Origin: Octopus vulgaris
Taxonomy: Eukaryota
Direction: 5' to 3'
DNA: 64,000 nt
NCBI GenBank assembly: GCA_951406725.2
Contig: OX597826.1
Span: forward strand, 31,930,001-31,994,000
Under the pieces are notes generated by a model. The model was given only the letters and a program-made list of their open reading frames with translations, searched no databases and was not told the DNA's origin. A program made the translations under genes and the position numbers. Position 1 is the stretch's first letter; each line of letters opens with the position of its first letter. This document shows, piece after piece, positions 1-24,421 of the stretch.

Positions 1-10104
<10,104 letters not shown>

Positions 10105-10220
10105 TAATGAGATAATATACGAAGTAGTTACAGTGATAACATAATAGGGAATAGTTTGTTTGATTAAATATGCTGGAGAATTTTACTTTCAAATTTTGTC
10201 CACACTGATATATTGCAACA

Positions 10221-10226
10221 AATAAA
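10221..10226 (+). promoter_or_regulatory. candidate polyadenylation signal of gene A
   Basis: AATAAA about 115 nt after the stop codon, with T/GT-rich sequence downstream. Confidence 0.4.
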
Positions 10227-11089
10227 TTTGAGAAGAAAATTCAAACAATTTTGTGTTGACTTAAAACATTTCTCCATTCAACAAATCAAATGTTGATAGA
10301 GGTTGACAAAGCACAATGTCACATTTTGCGTTCGTCAGTCGAAGTTTATATGACTAATACTAACGATAAGGTTTTTTTTTTCAAACTTAACATTGATATT
10401 GTGTATCTTATCAAACTAATATGAGTGAATCTGTTGGTAGAATTCGGACCATGAAAACCGAAAATATATATATAATATTATGATTCCTTCCTATGTTTTA
10501 TCATCTCTTGCAAGTAGCCATCTTTATATGGTTCTTCTATTAATAACTATATCTTTGATTTATACACACACACACACGCACACACACATATATATATATA
10601 TATATGGGATGAAATAGAGAAATGGTTTGAACATCATTCTTATTTCAAATCACTGCAGTTGTTTCCACACATCGTTAGGCCTGTAGTACATTGGTGAGAT
10701 CATATAATTAAAATCTTGTGTAATCTCTATCATCAGTGAAAGGTGTAAAATTTGCATCTTCGAGAGATTATTTTTGCATAAATCCTTTGTTAGGCCGTTC
10801 TGTCGTTTTTTAACTCTTATGAGAACGAATATCCAAAGCAGTGTGCTATTTTCAGCAATTTGCAAGCAAAAATAATCCCATAGATATAGTGACAGACAAA
10901 ATACACGTTTAATCAAAATACAAAATACAGAAATAAAGAAACAGACACAGAAGCCATCTACCTCAAGTGAATTGTAAACTACAATTCTATATTTTTGGTG
11001 AGATTATAAGGAAGAAAAATAAAAGTAGAATGAAGAATAAAATTAGAGAAAATAATGTGATAAATAGTGACCGTTTCTGAGCTTATCAA

Positions 11090-11340
11090 CTATTTACTAG
11101 AAAGTGAATCGAAAAGGAGTGATGTTTCATCAGGACAATGCGCGACCCCACACTGCAAAGATCACATCACAGAAGATCGAAGAGCTTGGTTGGGAAAAAT
11201 TCCTCATCCACTTTATTCTCTCAACCTTGCTCCTTCGGACTACCATTTGTTTTGTAGTTTACAGAATCATTTGGGGGACATAACATTCGCAAGCCAGCGG
11301 GAGGAGGAAACTGACATTTCAGAGTTCTTCGCTTTGAAGC
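11090..11340 (+). mobile_element. mariner transposase 3' fragment
   Basis: HQDNARPH and HPLYSLNLAPSDYHLF motifs. Confidence 0.85.
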
Positions 11341-11629
11341 CATGTGTGTGTGTGTGTGTGTGTACAACAGATTTCTACCAAATCTACTGAGAAGGCTCTG
11401 ATCAATTTAGCTTCATTTCTTGCTTTGTGTGTGACGTGGTGCCCTTATTATTTCATGGGTTTATTAGTATTTGTTATAATAAAGCTAATGAAGTGATATT
11501 CATGTCATAATAAAGCTCTTAAATGGGTATTTATAGCTTTACTCATCATCATGAAACATCATGTGGTGTCATAAATTCCCGAAAAGACAAAAATACACGC
11601 CCATACAGACATTCACAAGCACAGATATA

Positions 11630-11856
11630 TATTTCTTTACTGCCCACAAGAGGCTAAACATAGAGGGGACAAACAAGGACAGACAAAGGGATTAAGTCGA
11701 TTACATCGACCTCAGTGCGAAACTGGTACTTTATTTATCGACCCCGAAAGGATGAAAGGCAAAGTCGACCGCGGTGGAATTTGAACTCAGAACGTAACGA
11801 CAGACGAAATGCCGCTAAGCATTTAGCCCAGCGCGTTAACGTTCCTGCCAGCTTTT
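11630..11856 (-). mobile_element. SINE family 1
   Basis: reverse complement of the 4810-5032 family. Confidence 0.85.
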
Positions 11857-12274
11857 CACAAGCACAGATATAGACATGCGTATAATCACGGACAGGTATA
11901 CATATAAAGCTTGCATATGCACAAATATAAATATAACAGACTCGTGCAGTCGCGTGCATATATTGCAGAATTCATTCGAAATCTGAAACCCCTGTCACCG
12001 AGGCAGCTAGCGTATATTTAATAATCATATTAAATCTAGAAGACAGGTAGAAGCAGGGAAACGAATTACAAACCCAGTCTGATAGATGAATAGAGAACGT
12101 GCAGGTAGTTGGTTTTTACTCAGGAACTGAACAGGTAAGTAAATATTTATTTGTATGGAACTCCGTCTTAATTTGAATGAGGAAAAATATTACTAAACAT
12201 GCATGGTATCATTGAGAAAAATTTTGTCAAATTCACCTTTATTTATATGCATCTAAATTTTGTTTCAACTTCTT

Positions 12275-12396
12275 CGTAAGCCTAGTACTTATTCTATCGG
12301 TCTCTGTTGCCGAACCGCTAAGTGACGGGGACGTAAACACACCAGCATCAGTTGTCAAGCAATGCTAGGGGGTCAAATACAGACACACAAACATAT

Positions 12397-12472
<76 letters not shown>

Positions 12473-12632
12473 GACAGGCTTCTTTCAGTTTCCGTCTACC
12501 AAATCCACTCACAAGGCATTGGTCGGCCCGAGGCTATAGCAGAAGACACTTGCCCAAGATGCCACGCAGTGGGACTGAACCCGGAACCATGTGGTTGGTA
12601 AGGAAGCTACTTACCACACAGCCACTCCTGCC
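12275..12632 (-). mobile_element. SINE family 2
   Basis: head gcaggagtggctgtgtggtaag, B-box ggttcagtccc, internal (TA)n. Confidence 0.88.
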
Positions 12633-12844
12633 CCTATATATATAAATTTGTTACATATAAAAACGTACACAAACAGAAACACACACATACACACTCGCGC
12701 ACAAACGCATATCCGTGGGGGCGCTAAAAAGTTCCTGGTTTTGGGTAAAAGAAAATACAGGTGAATCGGTTAATTATGGTTTTATTCAACATATTTCAAC
12801 ATATTTCCCTCTCAGATTCACACGCGTTTTGCAGCGACTCTTCG

Positions 12845-13109
12845 GCTTTTCTACTTGTTCAGTCATTGTGACTGTGACCATGCTGGAGCCCCGCCTTTAG
12901 TCGAACAATCGACCCCAGGGCTTATTCTTCGTAAACATAGTACTTATTCTATCGGTTATTTAGCCGAACCATAAGTTTAAGGGAACGTAAACATACCAAC
13001 ATCGATTGTCAAGCGATGGTGGGGAGACGAACACACACAAATACATGTATACATACATACATACATACATACACACATACATACACACATACATACATAC
13101 ATACATACA

Positions 13110-13145
<36 letters not shown>

Positions 13146-13275
13146 TGTATATACACGACGGGCTCCTTTCAGTTTCCGTGTACCAAATCCACTTACAAGG
13201 CTTTGGTCGACCCTAGGCTAAAGTAGAACACACCTGCCCAAGGTGTCACGCAGTGGGACCACTCCTGCGCCTATG
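12845..13275 (-). mobile_element. SINE family 2
   Basis: same family, internal (ATAC)n. Confidence 0.85.
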
Positions 13276-13278
13276 TAC

Positions 13279-13356
<78 letters not shown>

Positions 13357-13358
13357 AG

Positions 13359-13391
<33 letters not shown>

Positions 13392-13701
13392 TATATATAT
13401 ATATTCTTTTAGTCTTTTATTCTCTTACTGGTTTCAGTCAGAGGCTGGGGCCATGCTGGAGCACCGTCCTTCAGTGTTTTAGGGACTCCTTTTGGTGTTG
13501 CTTTTTTTTTATTTTGAAGAGGCGAGTTGGATGCAACTGCGCTTCTTTGTGCCACCTTCCGTGATGTGGACTCATCTGGGATTTCAGATAGGAATTCCTC
13601 CGGGTGCTTTATGAAAGTTTTCACATCTACAAATTGCAGATCTCATAGATTCCTTGTCAGGATGTTAAACAGTTGTGGTCCTCTGAGACCCAAGCTGTTG
13701 C

Positions 13702-14059
13702 AATCCGATGAATGGGGTAGGTGCGGATACAATACCATGTTGTTTATGGCGAAAAACTTACGTGTGAGGAGAATTCGGTGAAGAATCCACTACTTCGCGC
13801 TCCGGAGATTCGGTCACTTTCGCTAAATGGCCTCCCTCAAACGTTTCAAAACGTCGAAGTAGAACTCTCGATTGACGATCTGGCCCCTGGGGGAAGAATT
13901 CTCGATGCACAATTCTACATTTCCGGGAGTGACGTTCATGACAGGCCTTCCAGATCGCTCATCATCTTCCAAGGACGTTCTTCCGCTTTTGAAGTTCCTG
14001 TGCCACTCGAAACACTGCCTACGACTCATTGCCTCATCACCGTAATCTTGCCGAAGCAG
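13702..14059 (-). mobile_element. internally deleted mariner fragment, inverted relative to 14403-14760
   Basis: EWHRNFKSGRTSLEDDERSGRP...VLKRLREAI. Confidence 0.88.
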
Positions 14060-14239
14060 TCCTTATCTGAATTGAAAACGAGGGTATCTTTGGTGTTTTT
14101 AATTTCCATCCAGTTCGGTGATTGGAATAGATTTCTGTTCCAAAAGTTTGGAGCTAGACCTTACAGCATATTCCATACGTACGGAGTTTAATCGAATAAC
14201 TCGGTCCCAGGACTTTTTCAAAGCCTCGTACTTATTGAC

Positions 14240-15041
14240 GGTGTGCCGAGTGACATCGCTGTGTTTACTTCGCAAGTTGTGAAATTTGTGTTTTTTGTGA
14301 TCACGTGTTTGCTGTAGATTGTGATTTTGTCATGAACAGGAACAAAGAGCCAACGTCAAATTTCGCGTAAAACTTAGGACGTCTGCTACAGAGACATTGA
14401 GTCTGCTTCGGCAAGATTACGGTGATGAGGCAATGAGTCGTAGGCAGTGTTTCGAGTGGCACAGGCACTTCAAAAGCGGGAGAACGTCCTTGGAAGATGA
14501 TGAGCGATCTGGAAGGCCTGCCTTGAACGTCACTCCCGGAAATGTAGAAGTGTGCATCGAGAATTCTTCCCCCAGGGTCCAGGTCGTTAATCGAGAGTTC
14601 TACTTCGACGTTTTGAAACGTTTGAGGGAGGCCATTTAGCGAAAGTGGCCGAATCTCCGGAGCGCGAAGAATTGGATTCTTCACCGAATTCTCCTCACAT
14701 GTAAGTTTTTCGCCATAAACAACATGGAATTGTATCCGCACCTACCCCATTCACCGGATTTAGCACCTGCGAACTTCCATCTCTTTACCAAGATGAAAAT
14801 GCATCTGAAAGATTGTCGTTTTAACACCGTTGTCGAGATCAAGAGTGAATCGCAGAAGGTCCTCGACTCACTTACGGAAAACGGCTTCTAGATCGCATTC
14901 CAAAAGTGGCAGGAACGCTGAGGCTGCTGAATTGTTGCGAAAGGTAACTATTTCGAAGAAGATGATGTTAAAACTTACGTAAATAAGTTGTTTTTTTTTT
15001 TATTAAACATAACTAGTCCTGGAACTTTTGATGCGACCTCG
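14240..15041 (+). mobile_element. internally deleted mariner element
   Basis: HTH EDDERSGRP, HLPHSPDLAPANF, FQKWQER; right end ggaacttttgatgcgacctcg followed by TA. Confidence 0.88.
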
Positions 15042-15654
15042 TATATTAGAATCGTTTATAGAATCTAGCTGATAATATTACACAATTAACGGTTTTAGAA
15101 TTATTAAGAACTCCCCAACAGCAGTAATAGCATTAACCCCAACAAGAGCAGAAGCAAAACGCACTTTCTCTACTTTCACTCAGCATACCAAGCATCTAGT
15201 AGTCCGTGCGAAGTATCTGGTAGTTTGTGCTTGCAGGTTCGTTAACCTTTTGTGTGTAACTGTTATGCCTGCTACTGTTCTGTTAGTGTTATGCCTGCTA
15301 CTTTTCTCCCCCAGCACTCACTCCATACGAAGACACAACGGCATTAATAACAGCTATAGTGACGGTGATGACTAAATTTGATGCATTTGTTATTAGATTT
15401 CAAATTTCTCTTTTTTCATTTTATTTTCATTTCTTCATCAAAGAATGGGGACTATTCTAGGCTGACAAAAGTAAATGCCACTTTCTTCTTTCATAGTTCA
15501 ACATTTCTCATGGCCCCAACACACAAAATTGCACCGGAAGATGGCAAGGAAGATGCACTGGAACAGCCACTCTGACTCACGGGACTTGCACTTGCGGATA
15601 GCAAGTAATAATATAAAGAATAACCATCATGAATGTAACAATTCATATAATAAT

Positions 15655-16098
15655 CCTTTCTACTATAGGCACAAGGCCTGAAATTTTTGGTGGGTGAGGG
15701 GGTGGAGTGGGAGGCTAGTCGATTACATCAACCCCAGTGTTTAACTGGTATTTATTTCATCGATCTCGAAGGATGAAAAGTAAAGTCGACCTCAGCGGAA
15801 TTTGAACTCAGAACGTAAAGACGGACGAAATGCCAATAAGCATTTTGCCCAGCGTGCTAACACTTCTTATTTCTTTATTGACCACAAGGGGCTACCCACA
15901 GAGGGGACAAACAAGGGCAGACAAACGGATTAAGTCGATTATATCGACCCCAGTGCGTAACTGGTACTTATTTATTCGACCCCGAAAGGATAAAAGGCTA
16001 AGTCGAATTTGGCGGAATTTGAACTCAGAACGTAACGGCAGACAAAATGTCAATAAGCATTTCGCCCGGTGTGCTAACGATTCTACCAACTCGCCGCC
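15655..16098 (-). mobile_element. SINE family 1 tandem dimer with two tail types
   Basis: two head-to-tail copies. Confidence 0.82.
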
Positions 16099-16177
16099 TC
16101 TTCACAGTAGTAGTAGTAGCAGCAGTAGCAGCAGCAGTAGTAGTAGTAGTAGTAGCAGCAGCAGTAGCAGCAGCGGC

Positions 16178-16259
<82 letters not shown>

Positions 16260-16269
16260 TGAACGGGTA

Positions 16270-17020
16270 TAATAAATTTGGAGAATAAATGATATTTATA
16301 ATAACACGCCAATAGCAGTGAACAGGGATATCGTCCAGGAGCTAAGAACGTTGAAGTTCTCAACTGTCACCGGCTTGACTATAAACCTGTCCGAGAGCGG
16401 CCGATGCTTTGACAGCTTGTTTTTCTCAGCCCAGGGTGCAACGGAGTATGGACAGGTAGCTGAAAACACCAAGTTGCCGCTGGAGAAGGCGTCACAGCAT
16501 GTGGCATCCCAGCGGAGGATCCTACTACCATGGAACGGGAAAATTGTTATACCGTCCGGTATTTTACCATTCTCTTGGTCTAGCTCCGTTGGCTCGAGCT
16601 GGGACGGGAAGCCTACGGCGTCTAGGCCATGCTTTATGAAAAAGTTTTAGCGGCAGTGATGAGTATTGTAATATTTTCTGACGTCTCCCTAATTGTAATT
16701 TGCTTTTAAAAGAAGACCCTCGGGAGAAAACGATGCTATTAAACATTCAGCGGACCATGACTTCAGAAGAGTAAATAACGACTTACGGGAAATGAGTTAA
16801 TCAGAACGCTGACACCCGTCAGAGAAGAAAACATGTGACCCAGATATTTGAAAAACAATTCATATACATTGGCTGGTAACAGACCAGAAGCTAGACTACT
16901 GTAGAAACGGATACGGGACCAGAACATCAGAACATTTGATAAACAAATGACGTACACAGGCAGTCAACCAATCGAAAAGCTTGACCGCAGACGGACAAAA
17001 TCAAGTGACTTAAGCCTATG
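16270..17020 (-). mobile_element. CRE-like non-LTR retrotransposon 3' fragment (RLE domain)
   Basis: LEPTELDQENGKIPDGITIFPF....LRWDATCCD...AEKNKLSKH...PVTVE; 3' end abuts a (TAA)n/(TAG)n tract. Confidence 0.75.
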
Positions 17021-17100
17021 CCTTAAAACCCTTTGTATGTGTGCGTGTGTGTGTGTGAGTGTGTATGTGTGTGTATGTATATATATATATATATATTTAA

Positions 17101-17321
17101 CCCTTTAGTGTTTAAACCGGCCATATCTGGCCCAGATATTCTACATGTTTTATATTCAAACTGGCAATATCTAAGCCTCTCACACCTACCCGACAATGTC
17201 ATTCTAAATATAAACAATCACATCATTGAAACCCCAAAGCTATAAGATAATGCTTGATTAATTCAAAACAATTTGAGTGGAAAAGTATTACCTTTAACAG
17301 AGTAATCTGAACACTAAAGGG
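17101..17321. mobile_element. piggyBac-like MITE
   Basis: TTAA then ccctttagtgtt ... aacactaaaggg; right TTAA is degenerate. Confidence 0.7.
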
Positions 17322-18060
17322 ATAGCGATATCAGCTTGAATCGTAATTCAAGTCCCACTAGTGAAACGAACGACCCAACACTTTTCCTCCACACAACTCG
17401 ACAGAAATTGTAAATTTTTTCTTATAATTTTCAAAATCCTCGTCGTATTTATATGGTAATATAATTTATTGCTTTGAAACCTATTCAATTCTTACTCGTA
17501 TATTATTCTTATGAAATTTATCGAACATTTGAACTATTATTATTTCGTATCAATGTGAAATTTATTGAATGCCTTGATTGATTTTTGAGCATCGTGTATC
17601 GCTACGAAATTTTCTCTCGTGCATTTACTTACTTTGAAATGTTAATCTTGGTTTTTTTCCTTATTTACCATTGCAAAAAAAAAAAAGGAATTGCTGAAAC
17701 CGGTATGGTATTATAATAAATTAATTTGTAAATCAATTTGTAAGACGATAATTCTTTTAAAAAATCAGGTGCATTTTCAACCCCACTAACTAATTTTCCT
17801 GTATTCCTACTTGCGTGGAAGATAGTTTCAATTTCTGTTGAGAGTGTCTTAATTTAAAAAGATACTGATGGAAATAGAGTGAGTATCTTATTTTTGCCAG
17901 AAATATAGTAGAATAAACCTTGTCTTTTGAATATGCTTATATTGTGAAAAAACTTGAATAATTTTACTCTTCTGTTGATGTTTTTCTACTTTTTTTCAAG
18001 CATTCTCCTGGGAGAAGAAGCGCAACTTTAAAGAGAGATTTCGGGAAATTTGTTTCTAAC

Positions 18061-18115
18061 ATGGCTGAATCTATAAAACATCCAGTTAAGGCGAACAAAG
18101 AACTAGAGGATACAC
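18061..18115 (+). CDS. SLC22: SLC22 gene B predicted first coding exon ([18 protein letters not shown])
   Basis: aacATGG context; upstream acceptor TTTTTTCAAG at 18000; phase-1 donor C|GTAAAA fits the phase needed by exon 20530; donor is weak. Confidence 0.55.
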
Positions 18116-21100
18116 GTAAAAACGTTTTTATTTTTATAGTTCAAACTGGATTTTGATAAAAAAAATAATAAATAATTCACATACACTTCCCAATGTCCTT
18201 CATGCATTAAACCAACAAATTCTTGGCTTTGATTTTTGCTGGCTGAGTCATATTTGTACTGCATATTATTTAACTGATTCTTTATTCATTTGAAAAAAAA
18301 AGAATAATTAGATATCTAAGAGAATATTTAGTATTATAAGGGAGCCTCTCAGGGGAATCTCTGTCCACACAGCATCAAGATATGATTTAAGATATGTAAG
18401 CTATGTGGTAGATATATAAACAAGGCTAAAACACCCAGCTAGAGATAGACATTTCTTTAATAAATCTCTGCTGTTTGTCCTGTCCTCTCAGATTCACTTT
18501 TGATAGAGACAAGTCAAGTAAAGAGTGTTATAGAATTTTAACCGTAATAATTTTAGAAAGATATAATACTCGTAAAATATTACATTCCTACTTATGAATT
18601 AGAGACAATTATAATTAACGTATATAACCACTCATATAAATTTCTTGTCTGAAAATAGAGGTTTTTCTAGCATCGCAATGAATCTTTCACACAGTTTTTT
18701 TTTCCAGTGAATTTTCTAATGGTAAATGCCTCCAAAAATTAAAAGACGATTATTTTAATATTCCGTTAGTCAAATTGACCTTTGCCCCTGTTATTCCATT
18801 CTTTTATTCACTCATTCGCTTGGTAAAAGGAACATTGGGGTATTTTGTTGATATAATTCCCCTAGAATAAACAGAAACAAGCCATCTATAGATATCAAGG
18901 TTGCAACCCTTCAACTTTTTTTTAAAAATTCCAGTTTAATTGCTCCTTGCGCTTTTGCACCAAGATATATTGCATCAGCTTCATTGTTAGAAAATTCGAG
19001 AGCTTTTGTAGTGCAGCCTTAAATGAATAAGAATCATTTTGATATTGCAAATAAGCTATTCCATATTTATTTATTTTTTTTTTAGTATCAGTGGTTAATT
19101 GTAATTAATGATTTCAAATGTTGGCACAAATCTGGCAATTTCAGGGGAGGAGATACGGCGACTACATCGGCCTCAGCTCTCATCTAGCCCTTATTTTAGC
19201 AACCCCGAACGGATGAAAAGCAAAGATGAATTCAGAAAGTAAAACAGTAAAGAAATACCGCTGTGCTTTTGCCCGGGTTCGATAACGATTCTGTCAGCTT
19301 TCTGCCAGTAATTAATTGTTATTAATGACAATACTCCACTTCATTTTTCTGTTGCAGACCTATTAATTGACTAACGATCGTTATCGCATTTTTAATGACA
19401 TTGCCAATGCTTAAGTCTTCTTCTGCGATGAAAGTTCTTCTGTTAGTGGAGTGTTGCACTCGGATCTATTACAATAATTTACAATAATTAGTCACGGATG
19501 CGGATGGCTTGCGAGAAGGTTACTTCCCAACCACACGACACCATAGTCAAGTGTCTGCTAATAAAGTCTCAGGTTGACCAAAGCCTTGTGACTGGATTCG
19601 GTAGACGGATACTGAAAGCAGTCCATCGTATACGTGTGCGTGGGGGGAGAGAGGGAGAGAGAGAGATAGAGAGAGAGAGAGCGAACCGGTGTGTTTATGC
19701 CCTGTAACTTTACGGTTCAGCAAAAGGTCACCGATGCAATAAGTACCAGGCTTAAAGGAAATAATTACTGAAGTCATTTCGTTCGACTAAACTTCTTCAA
19801 GGCGGTGCCCCAGCATGGCCGTAGTCGAATGACTGAAACAAATAAAAAACAATCCGATTTGCGTCCCATTTGAAGAAAATTCAACCGAGTATTTTTGACA
19901 TCATTATACATCAGGTCTCTGAAGAAGGCGGGCTGTCAGAATCGATGGAGCGCCAGCCAAAATGTTTGGCAGCATTTCCTTCGTTTTCACATTCTGAGTT
20001 CGAAATCCGCCGAGGTCGACTTTGCCTTTCATCCTTTTGGGGTTGGTAAATTAAGTACCAGTTGCGTACTGGTGTAGGTATAATCGATCAGTCCCTTCCC
20101 CATAAATTTCAGGCCTTGTACCTTTAGTAGAAAGGATTTAAAACGATAATTTGTTTCATTATCATCATCAACATCATCAAGATCCCTTAAGTGGTGCAGC
20201 CAGACGTTGAGGTGTCACATTAGATGCTTTCATAGTCAGCTGTCGTCCCTGGTTTCTGTTCTGTCATGCGTACCAGGTTCGCAATGTTGTGACCTATCCA
20301 GTCCTCGATGGTGCCAAATCAGAATTTTTTCTCTACCTCTCTTTCGCCCTCCCTCAAGAATGATTTGGGGGAGGAAGTTGTGGCGGGATACACGACATAA
20401 AAAATCCTGATGTATTCGTTTCAGTTTGACTTTTATAATTAGTATTTAATCAGAAACAACTTTTATTTTTAAATCGAGTATTACAATATATCTCACATAA
20501 TTTATAATATTCATATTTCTTTTCTCCAGATATATCAGAAAAAGGTATTATACAGCTTTTAGAAAAATGTAGTGTTTTTGGACCGTATCAGCGTGGATTG
20601 TACGCTTATATATTAGTTTCAAAGATATTTTCAATAATAACAGCATTGAGTATGACGTTTTCTACTGGAAATGTTCCCTTCTTATGCTACCCACCAAACT
20701 TCAATGCTTCCACAATTCCTGCAAATCTTACGGAGAATGAATATTTACAAATGCTTCGACCTGACGACGATCAATGTTCTGTATATAACAATAGTTTCAC
20801 TGGAACATATTATACAACACCATCAAGTAATTCATCTAAAGTACAGTGTTCTTATGGACGGAAATTTCTGACGGAGGAGTTTTCTACAATTGTAAGCGAG
20901 GTGAGTGAATCGATCAACTAATTACTGTAAAACAATATGTAAGCTGAAACAATTTAGTTTTACACTTTACTATCGCAAGCTTATATAACACATGACCTGC
21001 AAAGCCATTCTGTCTTTTTCATTTATTCGTTAAAGTTACTATTTATTTCATTTTTACTTATTCAAAATAATTGCTTTGTCTTCTTTTGTGTCAAAATGAC

Positions 21101-24100
21101 ATGCTTGGATGCACGTGTCCCAGTAGAGTTCATTCTAGAATGATAGCGATTTTTATTGCAATCTTTCATGAAATTGCTTAGAAAGTTAATGTTCTGATGT
21201 TGACTAGACGAACATAGCAGCTGTTCGTACGTGAATTGCGGGATGGTAGCCAATAAACGCTATCTTTCAAAATCCGCTATCACTGTGTTTATATTTGTAT
21301 TAGTTGATATTGCAAAGTTCTGGAGAACAAGCGACCATAGGAAAGATTTTTGCCAACATAACATGGCAGTCGTGGTTTAGGACGAATATTGCTATAATTT
21401 AGTCCCAGGAGACATCGTCTCCAGCTAGCTAAATGACACGATCTGTGTCCTTATATTTTCGAACAAGGGAATCTAGCACCCCCACTCAGCTCTTGTTCGA
21501 AAATATAAGGACACAGATCGTGTCGTATAGCCAGCTCAAAACGATGTTTCCTGGGGCTAAATTTCAGCAACATTCGTCCTAAACCAGGACTGCCATCTTT
21601 ACTGGCAAAAATCTTTACTCCAAAGTATTGTTTCTAAATATCTCTCGTGAGATTTAAAAATAGTAATTTTCTTAGCGACCGTAGGTTTCACATACTGTAA
21701 ATGGAATAGTTGCTTCATGTCATTTATAATTGCTAACCATAGTCCAGTATCTACAACAGGTGGTCTTTATTGAAGTATCTGGACGTGAAGTCGATGGTTA
21801 TCTCGATGCTCTGATGGGCGGAGTTTACTATGTGTTTGATGTTTTCCATCGAATGCTTGTTTTGTATTTTCTGTGTGTCACCCTGTAGCGTTGTTTTAAG
21901 TACAATGTTTATGATGTCGACATATCGGGAGCGCATTGCATTCGGTGTGGGTCTTTCCATAGAGTAAACAGTGGCATGACAACATACTCACATCAACTCA
22001 GAGATGATAATTCTGACATTACTAGCAAAATTTTAATCAGTTGAGTTGAAATCATTGGAACAATCACCAGCGTATGGTAAAAAAATTCTGATAGTGTAAC
22101 TGAAACTGAAGTAAATCACAATCAGAGAGTGTATTTATTGGCAGTATGATTCTTCAAAAATGCGTGCGCGCGTGTGTAAATGATGGTTAAAAAGGATAAA
22201 ATTATCTCAAGTTAACTCGTTGTGTTTAACTGATATCTCATTACCGGGCTGATAACTAAAATACTGAGCCAAATTTTCTCCTGCTAAATTATTGAATGAA
22301 ATACGAACAAATACGATATTGCTAGTTAATCGATATTCTCATTCTATTAAAGCATAATTTAAATAGATTCTAAGACAAATGATCCATATTGAAATTAAGC
22401 AAAATGTAATATTGTTCAGTTTGTAACATTATTGACAATTTATATTTTTCATTTTCTTACAGTTTGATTTGGTATGCGAAAGGAAATGGTTAAAATCCAC
22501 TTTGCAATCAGTCTATTTTTTTGGCTATCTTTCTGGCTGTATTGTATTTGGTATTTTACCTGATAGGTAAGAGATATTTCAATAAATCATATCAAATGTA
22601 TATTCAGGTTATACTGTTGAAACTTGACATTCTTCTGATTTGTACATTTCACTATAATTCTTTATTTCGAAAAAATTCCACACCACCGAAACTCAATCAT
22701 CAGGCGAAGAAGTTATGGTTTCATTCCCTCCCACCACCTTTTTTAGCCAATAAAATATGTACCCGTCATATTCTATTTATACATTTAAACTTAGAAATGA
22801 ATTAACGATTGCGATTTGTCAATTGGTTAACTCTGCTACAATTGTTTTCTCACCTTGAAAGCATAACAGATATGTGGTGAGGTTTATGTGTGGCACTTCG
22901 GTGAATCATAATTATTCATTTGCAGATGTGGTTCTATGGACTAGAATTAAGTTCCTGGTGGCACAAATTTATGATTCAGTTTCAGTTATCTTTTGGAGTT
23001 ATTTAATAACACAATGAACATCATTTCTCCGTTATTTCTTCACTAAAATATTGGGTCAATTTCCTTCCTTTAAAGTTCTTTCCTTTATAGGAACAGAGTC
23101 TGGCATCTTAAGGGAAGTGAGATAGTCGGTTAAATCGACCCCAGTTGAGCACTGGTACTATTTTATCAACCCCGAAAAGATGAAAAGTAAGGTCAACCTC
23201 GACGGAATTTAAACAATGTAAAGCCGGAAGAAATGCCACTAAGCATTTTGTCCGGCGTGCTAACGATTCTGTCAGTTCACTACGTTCTCCTTTGCCAGAA
23301 ATATATTTTTTTTATCATGTGAAAACACGAAATAAATGTAAATCCACAATTAGAAAATATTGCGACTGTTTTGATTCTCAAATGGAAATTTATTATTTCA
23401 TACGCTTTGCTAATGAACATATAAAAAAATATGAATATCACAACTTCACATTTCTTTGAACACTTCCAATATTTCATGCCCCAGTAAGAAACAGTTTTCA
23501 AATTTTGGTACAAAGCCAGCAGTTTCGGGAAAGACATTAAATTGATTACATCGGCCCCATTGCTCCACTGCAGTTTCGGGAAAGAGATTAAATTGATTAA
23601 ATCGGCCCCATTCATCCCAAAAGGATGAAGGGCAAAAATTTAACTCTAAAAGAAAAGACACACGAAATGACACTAAGCATTTTGCCCGGCGTGCTAACGA
23701 TTCTCCTGCTCGAAATTTTTGGGGACGATGCCAGTCGATTAGGTACTCAATTTATCGATCCCGAAAAGGATGAAAGGCAAAGTCGACCTCGGCAAAATTT
23801 GAACTCAGAACGTAGCGGCAGACGAAATTCCGCTCCGCATTTCGTCCGTGTGCTAACGTTTCTGCTAATTAATAGAGCAACTCAATCTTTTATTTGTAGA
23901 TATTTTAAATCACCGTTGATTAACAATTAATTTTTTAATGAAATTTTCATTCAATTTTCAAATAAATAATACAGATTGCATTTCTCTTTTCCGTATAGAT
24001 TTGGTAGGAAAACCATGCTGTTTTGGACACTCCTATTCCTAATTGTCTGTGGACTTGGTAAAATCTTCGTACCATCGTTGGCCATTCTTACGATTCTCTA

Positions 24101-24389
24101 TAGTCTTCAAGCTCTTAATTGTATGGGCACTTCAATTATCTTCTATACAATGAGTAAGTTCTTTCTTTAATATAAGTATTTACTTCTTCGTCTGTGCGTG
24201 TGCCCACATGTGTGCGTATGTGCACACATATACACATATTTCTCTCAGAGAGATAGTGATGCAGATAAACACGATTAGGCTTTATATATATATATATATA
24301 TATATATTTGTTATATATATATATACATATGTATATATATGTATATATATATATACATGTATATATATATATGTATATATATGTATATG

Positions 24390-24421
<32 letters not shown>

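Noticed and set aside
11063-11098. Minimal hammerhead-like string inside an 8-bp stem
   Set aside because: The core reads TGATAA and lacks the conserved C; too degenerate
13721-14741. 146-156 aa ORFs (MRIQYHVVYG.../MRIQFHVVYG...)
   Set aside because: Antisense frames of mariner fragments
16318-16650. 110-aa plus-strand ORF
   Set aside because: Antisense to the CRE-like endonuclease fragment
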